A stretch of 64,000 nucleotides of DNA. Source: Patescibacteria group bacterium. Lineage in GTDB: Bacteria > Patescibacteriota > Minisyncoccia > JAHIHE01 > JAGLIN01. A model generated the notes under the pieces. It had not been told where the DNA came from. It made no database searches and saw nothing but the letters and a program-made list of their open reading frames with translations. Shown here piece after piece: positions 29,551 through 40,130 of the stretch. The DNA lies in NCBI GenBank assembly GCA_019428855.1, contig JAHYJV010000001.1:14885-78884 (forward strand). Direction: 5' to 3'. How positions within the stretch are numbered: the first letter of the stretch is position 1; each line of letters starts with the position of its first letter. Position numbers and translations under genes: made by a program.

Positions 29551-29594
29551 TTTATATAATCATCTGCCTTTCGTAATTTGATTTCGTTGAAGAT

Positions 29595-29873
29595 TTATCT
29601 TTTGGCTAGTACATTTACTGTGAAAACCGAGATTTTATATCCTCCTTTTTGTATAGTAAAGAGAGGTTTTTCCCCTATTATACTTGTATTACAAAAAAAA
29701 GATCCGACCTTATCTGGAATAATTCCATACCCTCCTTTAACATTGATTTTTTTGTTTGGAATTACTAATCTTCCATCAGGTGTTATAGCGACTAGTTGTG
29801 CAACGCCGTTCAAGCTTTTTTTTTCGAATGTTAGTACCTCTATTGAAATTGCTGCTGTACTTATTTTTACCAT
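29595..29873 (-). CDS. Hypothetical small protein (92 aa); it looks more protein-like than the overlapping plus-strand ORF
   Basis: Composition only. Confidence 0.3.
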   Translation of the reverse strand: MVKISTAAISIEVLTFEKKSLNGVAQLVAITPDGRLVIPNKKINVKGGYGIIPDKVGSFFCNTSIIGEKPLFTIQKGGYKISVFTVNVLAKR

Positions 29874-29960
29874 TAAATCACATCTTTTTGGAGTTAAGAA
29901 TATTAATATCTTAAAACAATTAAATTCTATATAAAAAAAGAATATTTGTCAATTATTTGA

Positions 29961-30755
29961 ATGTCCACATATAAAACTCAGGGAATAGTAATTAAAAGAA
30001 GTCACTTTGGAGAGTCGAGCTTGATTTTGAGTGTTTACACAAAAGACTATGGAAAGGTTGAGGCTGTGGCAAGATCCGCGCGTAAGGTCCATGGAAAGCT
30101 CAAAGGGCATCTTGAACTTTTTCTGCTGTCGGATTTTATATTTGCCTACGGAAAAAATATCGATAAAATTGCCAATAGCTATTCTTTGGATAATTTTGAG
30201 AATCTGAGAAATAATTTAAATATTTCTTTTGGTGCTTATTATATTTTGGAATTGACAGATAGAATCACTGAACAGGGTTTTCGGAATGAAAGGTTATATT
30301 ATTTATTGAAAGACACGATGAATTTTTTGGATTCATTATCTCAAGAAGATGCCTTGAAATATTATTTGGCAATAATTCAATATCAGATAAATGCAATACA
30401 ATTATCTGGATTTTTCCCAGAAATGAACGAGTGTACTATTTGCCAAGAAAAAATTAAACTTGAGGAAAATTATTTCAGTTTTTATCACGGAGGGATTATT
30501 CAAAAAAAATGTCTGCATAGTGACAAAGATGCAGTTGCAATTGATAATGATGTCATTAAAATAATGAGATTATTATATATAGACAAGGGTGAAATTAATG
30601 AATATAGAGGTAATATAAAAAATAATATTAAAATTATTAATAAGTTGAAAGTGAAAAAAAAGTTAATTTTTCAATTGCTTAAGTTGATGAATAAATTTAT
30701 TGAAAATAATATTGAAAGAAAGATTAACGGTATTGATTTTCTAGGGGTCGTGTAG
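29961..30755 (+). CDS. recO: DNA repair protein RecO
   Basis: N-terminal OB-fold pattern (GIVIKRSHFGESSLILSVYTKDYGKVEAVARSARK) and a C4 zinc finger (CTICQEK..KKC). Confidence 0.8.
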   Translation: MSTYKTQGIVIKRSHFGESSLILSVYTKDYGKVEAVARSARKVHGKLKGHLELFLLSDFIFAYGKNIDKIANSYSLDNFENLRNNLNISFGAYYILELTDRITEQGFRNERLYYLLKDTMNFLDSLSQEDALKYYLAIIQYQINAIQLSGFFPEMNECTICQEKIKLEENYFSFYHGGIIQKKCLHSDKDAVAIDNDVIKIMRLLYIDKGEINEYRGNIKNNIKIINKLKVKKKLIFQLLKLMNKFIENNIERKINGIDFLGVV

Positions 30756-31097
30756 TATCTTTGAATTAAATCCTATTTTTCTTCGGAATTTATGCTGAAT
30801 TTATCAAAGCAAAGAGATGACAAAAAATGTGTTTGAAAGAGGTTTATGTAAAAGGCTTGAATAGCGACTAACCGCACTCTCGGAGATGATAAATTAAAAT
30901 AATTTGTGCAGTTTTGGACAAAAGCGTTAAATTTCTGTATTATTAAAATATGATAACTAATAATCAAAGGACAGTCCTTTCCTTGGTTTATTTAATTTGC
31001 ACTGATATATTTACGCAAAGCAAAGAAAACTTAAAGACTTAATAAATGAAGTAAAGGACTGTCTTTCTATCAATAACATAATCTAACATTTTAACAA

Positions 31098-32630
31098 ATG
31101 TCATTTAACTTTCCATCACCAACTCCAAATAATAAAAAAGATTATTACATTCAGAGAGGAATAGAGGTTCTTCCGGGGCTTATAACCTGGTCTTTTTTGA
31201 TTTTGAGTATATATTTATCTTTTCGTTCACCATTATATATAGCAATTTTTATTATTATCTTTGATTTATATTGGATGATTAAGGTATTTTATATCACGGT
31301 CTTTATGGTTTTCGGTTATCGGAGAATTAGGATTTGGGAAAAAATTGATTGGCTTGTAAAGTGTGAAAAAATTTCAAATGAGAAAGAGAATCTTGATTGG
31401 AGAAATTTATATCATCTAGTTATAATTCCGACCTATAAAGAGGGAATTGAAATATTAGAGCCATCATTAGACTCGCTTTTGAACTCTGATTATCCAAAGG
31501 AAAAAATGATTGTCATTTTAGCCTTCGAAGAGCGTGCCGGAAGTGAAGCAATTAAGAGAGCACAAATATTAGAGGAAAAATATTCAGGTAAATTTTTTAG
31601 CTATCTGACAACTTTTCATCCAGATGGTATTTCTGGCGAAGCAAAAGTGAAGGGAGCAAATACGAGCTGGGCAGCCGAGGAAGCAAGGTTGTTTTTGATT
31701 GAAAAAAATATAAAAAATGAAAATGTAATTGTTTCTACATTTGATTGTGATACTTGTGTACACTTTAAGTATTTTTCGTGTTTAACTTATCAGTTTTTGA
31801 AAAATCCACTTCGCCATCAATTTAGCTATCAGCCACTACCTCTATATAATAATAATATTTGGAAAACTAATAGTGTTGTCAGAGTAATAATGGTAAGTTC
31901 TTCTTTTTGGCAAATTATGCAATCTGTGCGGTATAATAAAATGGTTACCTTCTCAAGCCATTCAATGAGCTTTAAAACTTTGGTTGAAATAAATTATTGG
32001 CCGAAAGATATGATTTCTGATGACTCAATTATTTTTTGGAAATGTTTTATGCTTTATCATGGAAATTATTTCGTCGAACCAATATATTTGACAGTTTCTT
32101 TAGACGCTGTGTTGGATGATAATTATGTTAAAACACTAATAAATCAATATAAACAGCAGCGTCGTTGGGCATGGGGAATTGAGAATATTCCTGTGATATA
32201 TAGAGCATTTTTAAGCGATCATAAAATTTCGCTCAAGAAAAAAATTAGTAAAGCTTGGGAAGAATTAGCTGGAAGAATTTCGTGGGGGTTGACACCTATC
32301 ATTATCGCTTTTTTTGGATGGCTTCCTATTTGGTTTGGCGGAGATGAATTTAATCAGACCGTTATTGCTTTGAATTTACCAAAGATTTTGGGTTATCTGA
32401 TGACATTCGCTATGTTTGGTTTGTTTATTTCAATGTTTATGTCACTTTATTTACTTCCTACTCCTTCAGGGAAGGTAAGTATATTTAAGAGGGCGACAAT
32501 GGTGATTCAATGGATTCTTGCTCCTCTAGTTGCTATTCCGCTTGGTGCTTTGCCGATGATTGATGCTCAAACCAGAATGTTGTTTGGAAAATATATGGAA
32601 TTTTGGGTAACGAAAAAGGTAAGGAAGTAG
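31098..32630 (+). CDS. Membrane-embedded processive GT2 glycosyltransferase (cellulose/chitin-synthase-like)
   Basis: GT-A D motifs (IIPTYKE, TFDCDT) and QQRRWAWG (the QxxRW motif), with N- and C-terminal TM helices. Confidence 0.75.
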   Translation: MSFNFPSPTPNNKKDYYIQRGIEVLPGLITWSFLILSIYLSFRSPLYIAIFIIIFDLYWMIKVFYITVFMVFGYRRIRIWEKIDWLVKCEKISNEKENLDWRNLYHLVIIPTYKEGIEILEPSLDSLLNSDYPKEKMIVILAFEERAGSEAIKRAQILEEKYSGKFFSYLTTFHPDGISGEAKVKGANTSWAAEEARLFLIEKNIKNENVIVSTFDCDTCVHFKYFSCLTYQFLKNPLRHQFSYQPLPLYNNNIWKTNSVVRVIMVSSSFWQIMQSVRYNKMVTFSSHSMSFKTLVEINYWPKDMISDDSIIFWKCFMLYHGNYFVEPIYLTVSLDAVLDDNYVKTLINQYKQQRRWAWGIENIPVIYRAFLSDHKISLKKKISKAWEELAGRISWGLTPIIIAFFGWLPIWFGGDEFNQTVIALNLPKILGYLMTFAMFGLFISMFMSLYLLPTPSGKVSIFKRATMVIQWILAPLVAIPLGALPMIDAQTRMLFGKYMEFWVTKKVRK

Positions 32631-32766
32631 GATTAGAAATTTGTGATTAGTGTCGAGTAGCAAGTATTAAATATTAAGGAAATTATTTAATTTTGTTGCT
32701 GGCTTAATTTTTTTTATCTAACAATACGGAGGAATTTTTCATGTGGTTGGATGTTTTAAAAAACAG

Positions 32767-33084
32767 CTTAATGTAATTTTACATTTAGTCTGACGAGATT
32801 TATTTTGTTGCCTTCAGAAGTGCTATTCCGAAATTACCTTTTGAGGACCCAACAACTTTGAGTTGTTCTTCGGTTTGCAGGTAGCGTACTAACCATTCAA
32901 TTTCATCTACTGCCTTCAACAATCCAGAGTGCTCAGTTTTCTCAGGATATTTTTCACAAATTTTTTTATATGCAATTTCCGCAAGCTCTTCTGATGTCCA
33001 TGGATGATTTCCACTCGCGGCTTCAAGAATCGTTTTAATTATCTAATTTTCACTTCTCTTCACAAAACTCTCAATATTTTCCAT
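32767..33084 (-). pseudogene. Small ORF (105 codons) interrupted by one in-frame TAG at codon 14
   Basis: ATG GAA AAT ATT GAG AGT TTT GTG AAG AGA AGT GAA AAT TAG ATA ATT ... continues in frame through ..WTSEELAEIAYKKICEKYPE..LKVVGSSKGNFGIATSEGNKINLVRLNVKLH to TAA. Confidence 0.4.
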
Positions 33085-33138
33085 TAAATCTTCTCTATTT
33101 TCATTTATGTTAATTGAAACTTATCAAACTACAAAAAA

Positions 33139-34185
33139 ATGTCAAGCATATTTTTATATTTCCAACCATTTTTAATAACATTTATTTTCAGTCTTATTAT
33201 CACTATGGCGCTTATTTTGTTTGGACAGAAATACAAGCTATTTGACCCTTTAAAAGAAGATAAGATTCATAAGCAAAACGTGGCAAGGTTTGGTGGAGCG
33301 GGAATTATACTTTCTTTTTTGATTGGAATGTTTTTTTCAGGTGAATTGGTTTTTGATAGTTTGAAGTGGGGGATTGTATTTTCTACTTTGATGATTTTGT
33401 TTTTTGGTATGTATGACGATTTAAAAAATGCAAACTGGAAAAAGCAGTTTTTTGTTCAATGTTTTGTCGCTCTGTTGATGATTTATGCGGGGCTGACTGT
33501 CGATTATATTGCGAATCCATTCGGCGGAGCAGAATTCCGATTAGACGGTCTGAGTGGTCAATTTTTTGGATTTTCATTTTCAATTTTAGGCTCACTGTTC
33601 ATTATTTTTTGGATTGTGGGATTGATGAATGCCATGAATTGGTTGGATGGACTTGACGGTCTTTCTGGGGGAGTTGGATTTATCGGAGCGATGACAATGT
33701 TTTATTTGAGTGTTTCAGCGATTGTAAATCAACCGCCGCTTGCCATAATTTCAATAATATTTGCTGGATCAATTTTGGGATTTTTGGTTTTTAATTTTCA
33801 TCCGGCAAAAATATTCATGGGAACGAGTGGTTCAATGTTCTTGGGATTTATGTTGGCAGTTTTAGCAATTTTTTCGGGTGGAAAGATTGCTACTTTACTC
33901 TTGGTAATGGGATTGCCAATCTTAGATGCAATATGGGTTATTATGCGAAGAATAAATGCAAAAAAATCTCCTTTTAAAGGGGATATGCGTCATTTACATT
34001 ATCGTCTGTTGACCAGAGGCTGGAGCCAAAAGAAAATAGTTCTTTTTGTTTATTCAATTTGCATCTTATTCGGATTTTTAGCAATACAACTGCAAAGCTT
34101 TGAGAAGATACTGTCTTTCATTTTTCTGTTTCTAATTTCAATAATAATGTTGATATATTTTAATAAAAATTTAATTAAACATTAA
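33139..34185 (+). CDS. Polyprenyl-phosphate N-acetylhexosamine-1-phosphate transferase (WecA/TagO/MraY family)
   Basis: DDLKN and NAMNWLDGLDGL motifs with about 10 TM helices. Confidence 0.75.
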   Translation: MSSIFLYFQPFLITFIFSLIITMALILFGQKYKLFDPLKEDKIHKQNVARFGGAGIILSFLIGMFFSGELVFDSLKWGIVFSTLMILFFGMYDDLKNANWKKQFFVQCFVALLMIYAGLTVDYIANPFGGAEFRLDGLSGQFFGFSFSILGSLFIIFWIVGLMNAMNWLDGLDGLSGGVGFIGAMTMFYLSVSAIVNQPPLAIISIIFAGSILGFLVFNFHPAKIFMGTSGSMFLGFMLAVLAIFSGGKIATLLLVMGLPILDAIWVIMRRINAKKSPFKGDMRHLHYRLLTRGWSQKKIVLFVYSICILFGFLAIQLQSFEKILSFIFLFLISIIMLIYFNKNLIKH

Positions 34186-34270
34186 AGAATTTAAATATTC
34201 AATTTTCAAGTCTGAAAGAGCTTTTATTAGAGACTTGGGTGCGAAGCTTAATATATAAGAACTTCTAAAA

Positions 34271-36748
34271 ATGAAGAAAATAGTATTTAGAATAAAAAAA
34301 ATTTTGAAAGAAAAGATTGGTGATTTTTTGGTAATTGGTGTATTAATTTTGGCAATATTAATTTTCTTTCAAGAACCAATTTATAATGGTTTTGTTCAGT
34401 CTTCGGCAAAGATATTATATAGTACTGATAGCTTGCATATAAATGATTCATCAGCTGTAGAAAATTTTACAAGTAATGGATTACTCGGTGATACGATTTA
34501 TCAATTTTACCCTTGGCACAAATTCACCTTAGACTCAATAAAGAAATTTGAAATTCCTTTTTGGAATCCATATGTTCTTGGAGGTGTTCCTTTTTTTGCA
34601 AATTATCAATCTTCCCTTTTTGAATTTACAAGATTGGTATCTTATTTATTAAGTATTCCATTAAATCATTTTTCCTTTTTTTCAGCATTTGTTGAATTGT
34701 TTTTTGCTGGTTTATTTACTTTTTTGTTTGTGAGAAATTTAAAGGTTAGTAGATTAGGTAGTATTGTTAGTGCTATATCCTTTATGTTTTCGCTACCACT
34801 CGTTGTTTGGATGCAACACCCAATTGGGAAAGTAATTATTTGGTTGCCACTTATACTACTTTGTATTGATAAGATTATAAAAAGAAAATTTTACTATATT
34901 TCAATATTAGCATTCGCTATTGCTTTTCAGTTTTTTGCTGGTAATCCTGAGATTTCTTTTTTTGTTCTTCTGTTAGGCTTATCCTATGCTATTTTCCGAA
35001 CTTTAAATCAAGAATATAATCTGAAATATTCAAAAATAAAAATTTTATCTATTCTGACAATTCCATTTATCTTAGGTGGATTAATCGCCTTAGTACAAAT
35101 TATTCCATTTTTAGAGTTATTATCTCAAAGTGATATGGTTGGTGTTGGCAGAACAGGGAGTGCTGGCACAAATATTTTTGAAGCGATTTTTTCTGGTCAA
35201 TGGAATACCTGGAATAGTTCAGAAGGAGTAAAGGAATTTATAAAAAATATATCTGTAGCCTTTAATCCAAATTTATACGGTTCTCCGGTAATTAATAGTT
35301 GGTGGAGAGAAACTGGAAATTATAGTGAGAATTCAATTTATTTTGGATTTTTGCCTTTCTTATTCTCTTTGATAGCTGTAATGTTCTCTTTCAAAAAGAA
35401 GAATGTTAAGTTTTTTTTAGTAGTTGGAATTTCATCATTATTCATATCAATTGCTATTCCTATTTTTGTTTTGTTTAATTATTTACCTATATTTAATTTG
35501 GTTAATCTGGGAAGATTAAGATTAGTTTATGTTTTTTGTGGGGCCGTGCTTGCCGGAATTGGCTTTGATTATGTATTTAATAAAGAAAATATAAATAAAA
35601 AGAAAATTATTATTATTGTGCTATTATTCGTTTTGCTTCTTACATTTTATTCTATCGTAGTGTTTACATTGAGAAGTTTAATGCAGGTTGATTTGTTTAA
35701 AGCTCAACTGATAAAAAATTATTTATTGATATTTTCAAGTATTTTTATTTTAGGCATTTCTTTGTTTGTTGTATATAAAAAAGGTGAATTAAAAAAATCG
35801 TTTAGGTTTAATAAACATGTTATCATTACTATGATATTTTTTGATTTATTTTTATATGGAAGCAGCTATCATCCGTCTTTAGAGGAAAAATATATTTATC
35901 CTCAGAGAGAAGGAATTGCTTTTTTGACTCAAAATACAAGCAATTATGAAAGGGTAACAAGTTTAAAATTTGATAACACAAAATTACAATCTTCTCTAAT
36001 ACCAAATTCAAGTATTGTATATAATCTTTATGATGCAAGGGGATTTGAGGTTGTAAAAATTAGTAGATACGAGAAATTGGTTGAAAAAGATTTTAATCAG
36101 ATAGGAGAATATTTTTTAGGAGGTAATCCACCAGACAGGCTTCTGGATGTTTTAGGAGTAAAATATATTATTCAGGAAAAAAATAGTAGGGAAGATCAAA
36201 ATTTAGCTGATAAAAAATATAAATTGTCATATTCGGATGATGATATAAATATATATGAGAATTCTGGTTATTTGCCGAAAGTTTTCTTTGTTGAGAATAT
36301 AATTAATATAAAAAATATCGATGATGCCTTAAATATGTTTCCGAAATTTAATTATACAAAAGAAGCTTTAGTAGAAATAGATGATCTGGAAAAGATTAAA
36401 AGCTATAATTTAAAGAGTCAGAGAGAAAATTCTGAGAGTGATGTTCTAGAAATTAAACAATATTCTCCAAATTATATCGAGGTTCAGTCTAGTAGTGAAA
36501 ATGAGAACTTTATGGTACTAAGCGATACTTACTATAAAAATTGGCATGCTTATGTAGATGGTGAAGAAACAATTATATATCCTGTGAATGTTGCCTTTCG
36601 TGGAATATTTGTGCCAGACGGAAACCACAGAATCGTTTTTAAATATTCTCCTTATAGATTTAATTTATTAATTATTATCTCAATTTTTACTGTTTTCATC
36701 TCAGTTATTTTATTCATGAAAGAAATTAGACCTAGGAAGAATAAATAG
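34271..36748 (+). CDS. YfhO-family large membrane protein (GT-C-like)
   Basis: 825 aa with more than 12 TM helices; the N-terminal region PWHKFTLDSIKKFEIPFWNPYVLGGVPFFANYQSS is YfhO-like. Confidence 0.5.
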   Translation: MKKIVFRIKKILKEKIGDFLVIGVLILAILIFFQEPIYNGFVQSSAKILYSTDSLHINDSSAVENFTSNGLLGDTIYQFYPWHKFTLDSIKKFEIPFWNPYVLGGVPFFANYQSSLFEFTRLVSYLLSIPLNHFSFFSAFVELFFAGLFTFLFVRNLKVSRLGSIVSAISFMFSLPLVVWMQHPIGKVIIWLPLILLCIDKIIKRKFYYISILAFAIAFQFFAGNPEISFFVLLLGLSYAIFRTLNQEYNLKYSKIKILSILTIPFILGGLIALVQIIPFLELLSQSDMVGVGRTGSAGTNIFEAIFSGQWNTWNSSEGVKEFIKNISVAFNPNLYGSPVINSWWRETGNYSENSIYFGFLPFLFSLIAVMFSFKKKNVKFFLVVGISSLFISIAIPIFVLFNYLPIFNLVNLGRLRLVYVFCGAVLAGIGFDYVFNKENINKKKIIIIVLLFVLLLTFYSIVVFTLRSLMQVDLFKAQLIKNYLLIFSSIFILGISLFVVYKKGELKKSFRFNKHVIITMIFFDLFLYGSSYHPSLEEKYIYPQREGIAFLTQNTSNYERVTSLKFDNTKLQSSLIPNSSIVYNLYDARGFEVVKISRYEKLVEKDFNQIGEYFLGGNPPDRLLDVLGVKYIIQEKNSREDQNLADKKYKLSYSDDDINIYENSGYLPKVFFVENIINIKNIDDALNMFPKFNYTKEALVEIDDLEKIKSYNLKSQRENSESDVLEIKQYSPNYIEVQSSSENENFMVLSDTYYKNWHAYVDGEETIIYPVNVAFRGIFVPDGNHRIVFKYSPYRFNLLIIISIFTVFISVILFMKEIRPRKNK

Positions 36749-37251
36749 TGGTTTTATTAAACAATGTTAGGCTTAATGTTTTATAAAATTTTATAGATGT
36801 AATTTTAGACATTTTACTTAGCTTATTAAAAAATTGTAATTTTCTTCAGGGATGTTTTACCGAGGTTTGTGTATTTTAATGAGGCTGTTATATCTTTTAT
36901 GAGTATGTCCTATATCTTGCGGGGTATCTGTTTTGGGTTCGTGCGTTTATGTGATAAAAATGCCTTGCAAGATGTAAGGTATCTTCGTTAAAGATAAAAA
37001 TATCTACTGGGCTGTTTTTTTAAATTTAGATTTTATCGTGATATTGACATAAATTCAATCAGTTGCTATATTAGAGGGGTTAGTAAGCGATAAGAACAAA
37101 TATGTGAGAAGGATATTACATAGAAAAAAATTTTCTATTGGTAATATTGAAGAAATAGTGAAAATTTGAAGATTTATTAGTGAGATTATATAAATTTATA
37201 ATCTGGCGAATATCAATTAAATATTTTAAAATATAAATTAATAAAAACATC

Positions 37252-37572
37252 ATGATTGCAGTAATAAAAACAGGTGGGAAGCAATATAAAGTTTCTCCGA
37301 AAGATAAATTAAAGATTGAAAAGATTGAAGGCGAGGAAGGTGCAAAAGTTGTTTTTGATCAAGTGCTTCTTATTTCAGATGACAGTGGTCATGAAATCTC
37401 AATCGGAGCTCCAATCGTTGAAGGATCAAAAGTTGAGGGTGTCATATTGAAACAAGCAAGGTCAAAAAAAATTGATGTTATCAAACATAAGGCAAAAAAG
37501 AGATATAACAGAAGAGCAGGTCATAGACAATATTTTACTGAAGTAGAAATCGGAAATATTGTCAAAGCATAA
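37252..37572 (+). CDS. rplU: 50S ribosomal protein L21
   Basis: MIAVIKTGGKQYKVSPKDKLKIEKIEGEEG... Confidence 0.9.
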   Translation: MIAVIKTGGKQYKVSPKDKLKIEKIEGEEGAKVVFDQVLLISDDSGHEISIGAPIVEGSKVEGVILKQARSKKIDVIKHKAKKRYNRRAGHRQYFTEVEIGNIVKA

Positions 37573-37587
37573 ATAAATCTGAAAACA

Positions 37588-37618
37588 AAAAAGACTTTGT
37601 TAGAAGTCTTTTTTGTTT
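37588..37618 (+). terminator. Rho-independent terminator after rplU (AAGACTT-N7-AGTCTT + TTTTGTTT)
   Basis: Read directly. Confidence 0.45.
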
Positions 37619-37947
37619 GCAGATTGGGGTTTGAGAAACTGATTTAAAATAAGTTAAACTAGGTTTATCAACACATCGAAGGATAGTCCTTTGGAGATTT
37701 CATATAACAAAAATCAAAAAATAAATCAAAACGATATTATTAAGATGTTGACTTAAGGAACTGCTCTTGTTTTAGGGAATATTGAAGGTACTCTATATTT
37801 TTCGGTATCAGTTTACACTTTAAATAACTTGCCCTGAGTGATAGTCGAATTGGGAGGTAAAATTGCAAATTATTAAGAATGATTATTAGAATTTTAATAA
37901 TTCTATCTCGCTTTATAAAAAATAGATGAAAAATCAGTAAACTCGAA

Positions 37948-38544
37948 TTATTTATATTCTACTCTTTGCGTGAGGGCATTGCCGATTGTAGCTTGGTCAA
38001 CATATTCCAAATCACTGCCAGTGGAAAGCCCTCGAGCGAGGCGAGTGATTTTGACTTTAAAATTTTTCAAAACATTAAGTAAATACAATGCAGTAGTTTC
38101 ACCTTCTGAATTTGGGTTTGTAGCGATGATAATTTCCCGAATCTCAGCTTGATTTATTCTTTTTACTAATTCTTTGATATGAAGTTTTTCGGGGCTAATT
38201 CCTTCATTGGGTTTGATGCTTCCACCTAGTACATGATATAGTCCTTTGAATTTGTTAGTTTTTTCTATGGAAGGTATATTCATTGCTTCTTCAATAACAC
38301 AGATAATTGAGTTATCTCTTTTTGAATCGATGCAAAATTCACAGAAATCATTTTCTGAGATGTTGAAACAATTTTTACAGATTTTAATATCTTTTTTAAG
38401 TTTTGCAATCGCGTGGGAAAGTAGTTCTGAATCAAAATCGGAACGACGCAGAAGGTTAAAGGCAAACCGTCCAGCAGTTCGTGGTCCTATTCCTGGTAGT
38501 TTTGCAAATTCATTAATAACATCTTGAATAGGTTTGGGATACAT
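37948..38544 (-). CDS. recR: Recombination protein RecR
   Basis: HhH (LPGIGPRTAGRFAF), C4 zinc finger (CKNCFNISENDFCEFC) and a Toprim domain. Confidence 0.9.
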   Translation of the reverse strand: MYPKPIQDVINEFAKLPGIGPRTAGRFAFNLLRRSDFDSELLSHAIAKLKKDIKICKNCFNISENDFCEFCIDSKRDNSIICVIEEAMNIPSIEKTNKFKGLYHVLGGSIKPNEGISPEKLHIKELVKRINQAEIREIIIATNPNSEGETTALYLLNVLKNFKVKITRLARGLSTGSDLEYVDQATIGNALTQRVEYK

Positions 38545-38609
38545 ATTTTTAAGTTAAGATATTACTTGATAGAAAAAGTTTAGATTTGTCGTGCTTAAGC
38601 TTGGGTTTA

Positions 38610-39980
38610 TTATTGACGAGATTTATCAATATTTCTGAAGCTAGTGCATTGTTCATTGAAATATAGGCTAGCACTTCCAATTGGCCCATTTCTGTGTTTT
38701 GCGACAAGTATTTCTGCTATGTTTGTCTTATCAGTGTCTCTATTAACTCTGTCTTCTCTGTAAATAAACAAAACAACATCAGCATCTTGTTCGATTGAAC
38801 CGCTTTCACGCAAATCTGAAAGTTTTGGCTTTTGATCGGTTCGAGATTCAATGCCTCTTGAAAGCTGAGAAAGGGCGACAATCGGAATATTTAATTCTCT
38901 GGCAAGTCCTTTTAGGGATCTGGAAATCTCGCTAACCTCCAAGACACGATTTTCAATCCGACCACCTCTACCTTCAATGAGTTGTAGATAGTCAATGATA
39001 ATTAGTCCAAGACCGTGTTCTGCTTGTAATCTTCTTGCCATAGTTCTCATGCCCATAACATTGAGACCAGCAGTATCGTCAATAAAAAGAGGTGCTTCGG
39101 AAAGAACTCCCATAGCATGTCCAATTCTTGAAAAGTCGTCATTTTCTCCTATACTGGAAAGTTTTCCTGTTCTCATTTTCCAAAGATCAATATTCGCTTC
39201 AGCACAAATTAACCTATCAATAACCTCTCCTTTTGACATTTCCAAGGAGAAGACTCCAACTGGTACCTTTTCTTTGACGGAGGCATGTCGTGCGAGATCC
39301 ATCGCTAGCGATGATTTACCAACACTAGGTCGGGCACCGATGATAATTAAGTTTGATTCTTGGAGACCAGAAAGAATGTTATCAAGGTCGGTGAAGCCTG
39401 TTGGAATACCACGCATCTTTCCTTTATTTTTGTGTAGGTCGTCGATTCTATCAAAAGCTTCTTCGAGGATTGGTTTTATTGGCGTAAAATCCTGTCTGAC
39501 ATGTTTTTTAGAAACTGAAAATATTTTTTTTTCAGCGTCATCAAGAGTTAATTCAATTTCTTTGGTTTCCTTATAGGCATCGGAAATAATTTCAGATGCA
39601 TTATCGATTAATTTTCGAAGGACAGATTTTTTGGAAACAATTTTTGCATAATGAAGAACATTGGCGGCAGTTGGAACAGTATTTGCTAGTGATGCTAAAT
39701 AGCTATGCCCCCCAATTTTTTCAAGGCTTTCTGTATCTTTTAGTCGATTAGAAAGACTTAAAAGATCGATTGGTTCATGATGCTCATAGAGATAAAGCAT
39801 GGCCTCATAAATTTTCCCATGAGAATTTTTGTAAAAATCTTCAGGAGAAATTAAATCTCCGACTTTAATAATGGCATTTTTGTCTATCATTAATGATCCC
39901 AGAACAGATTGTTCAGCTTCAAGATTTTGTGGTGGTAATTTTTCTGTGTTAAAATCAGGATTTTTATCTTTTTTTGACAT
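38610..39980 (-). CDS. dnaB: Replicative DNA helicase DnaB
   Basis: N-terminal PPQNLEAEQSVLGSLM, Walker A GARPSVGKSSLAMD, and RecA-like motifs. Confidence 0.9.
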   Translation of the reverse strand: MSKKDKNPDFNTEKLPPQNLEAEQSVLGSLMIDKNAIIKVGDLISPEDFYKNSHGKIYEAMLYLYEHHEPIDLLSLSNRLKDTESLEKIGGHSYLASLANTVPTAANVLHYAKIVSKKSVLRKLIDNASEIISDAYKETKEIELTLDDAEKKIFSVSKKHVRQDFTPIKPILEEAFDRIDDLHKNKGKMRGIPTGFTDLDNILSGLQESNLIIIGARPSVGKSSLAMDLARHASVKEKVPVGVFSLEMSKGEVIDRLICAEANIDLWKMRTGKLSSIGENDDFSRIGHAMGVLSEAPLFIDDTAGLNVMGMRTMARRLQAEHGLGLIIIDYLQLIEGRGGRIENRVLEVSEISRSLKGLARELNIPIVALSQLSRGIESRTDQKPKLSDLRESGSIEQDADVVLFIYREDRVNRDTDKTNIAEILVAKHRNGPIGSASLYFNEQCTSFRNIDKSRQ

Positions 39981-40130
39981 ATGATTAAAGATGTATTAAT
40001 TAAAAAAATATATAAAATAGGACTAAATTTCGTGAGACTATCTTGATCTCTATCTGTGTAGTATACAAAAATAAGCCATTTAAATCAATAGCTTATTTAT
40101 GCTCTTATAATACACAGGTTGTTCAAGGAT

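Noticed and set aside
29578-29934. Plus-strand 118-aa ORF between ileS and recO
   Set aside because: It overlaps a minus-strand ORF (29595-29873) whose translation looks more protein-like. The plus ORF is hydrophobic and low-complexity with no start context. Both are uncertain.
33383-36038. Short ORFs inside the WecA-like and YfhO genes (33383-33595 -, 33459-33656 +, 35829-36038 -)
   Set aside because: Antisense or shadow ORFs within long membrane-protein genes.
36749-37251. Possible ncRNA (SRP, 6S or RNase P) in the 500-bp region upstream of rplU, and at 59370-59700
   Set aside because: Only short local hairpins are present. None of the conserved SRP/RNase P/6S sequence motifs I can recognise by eye appear, so the evidence is insufficient without covariance-model scanning.
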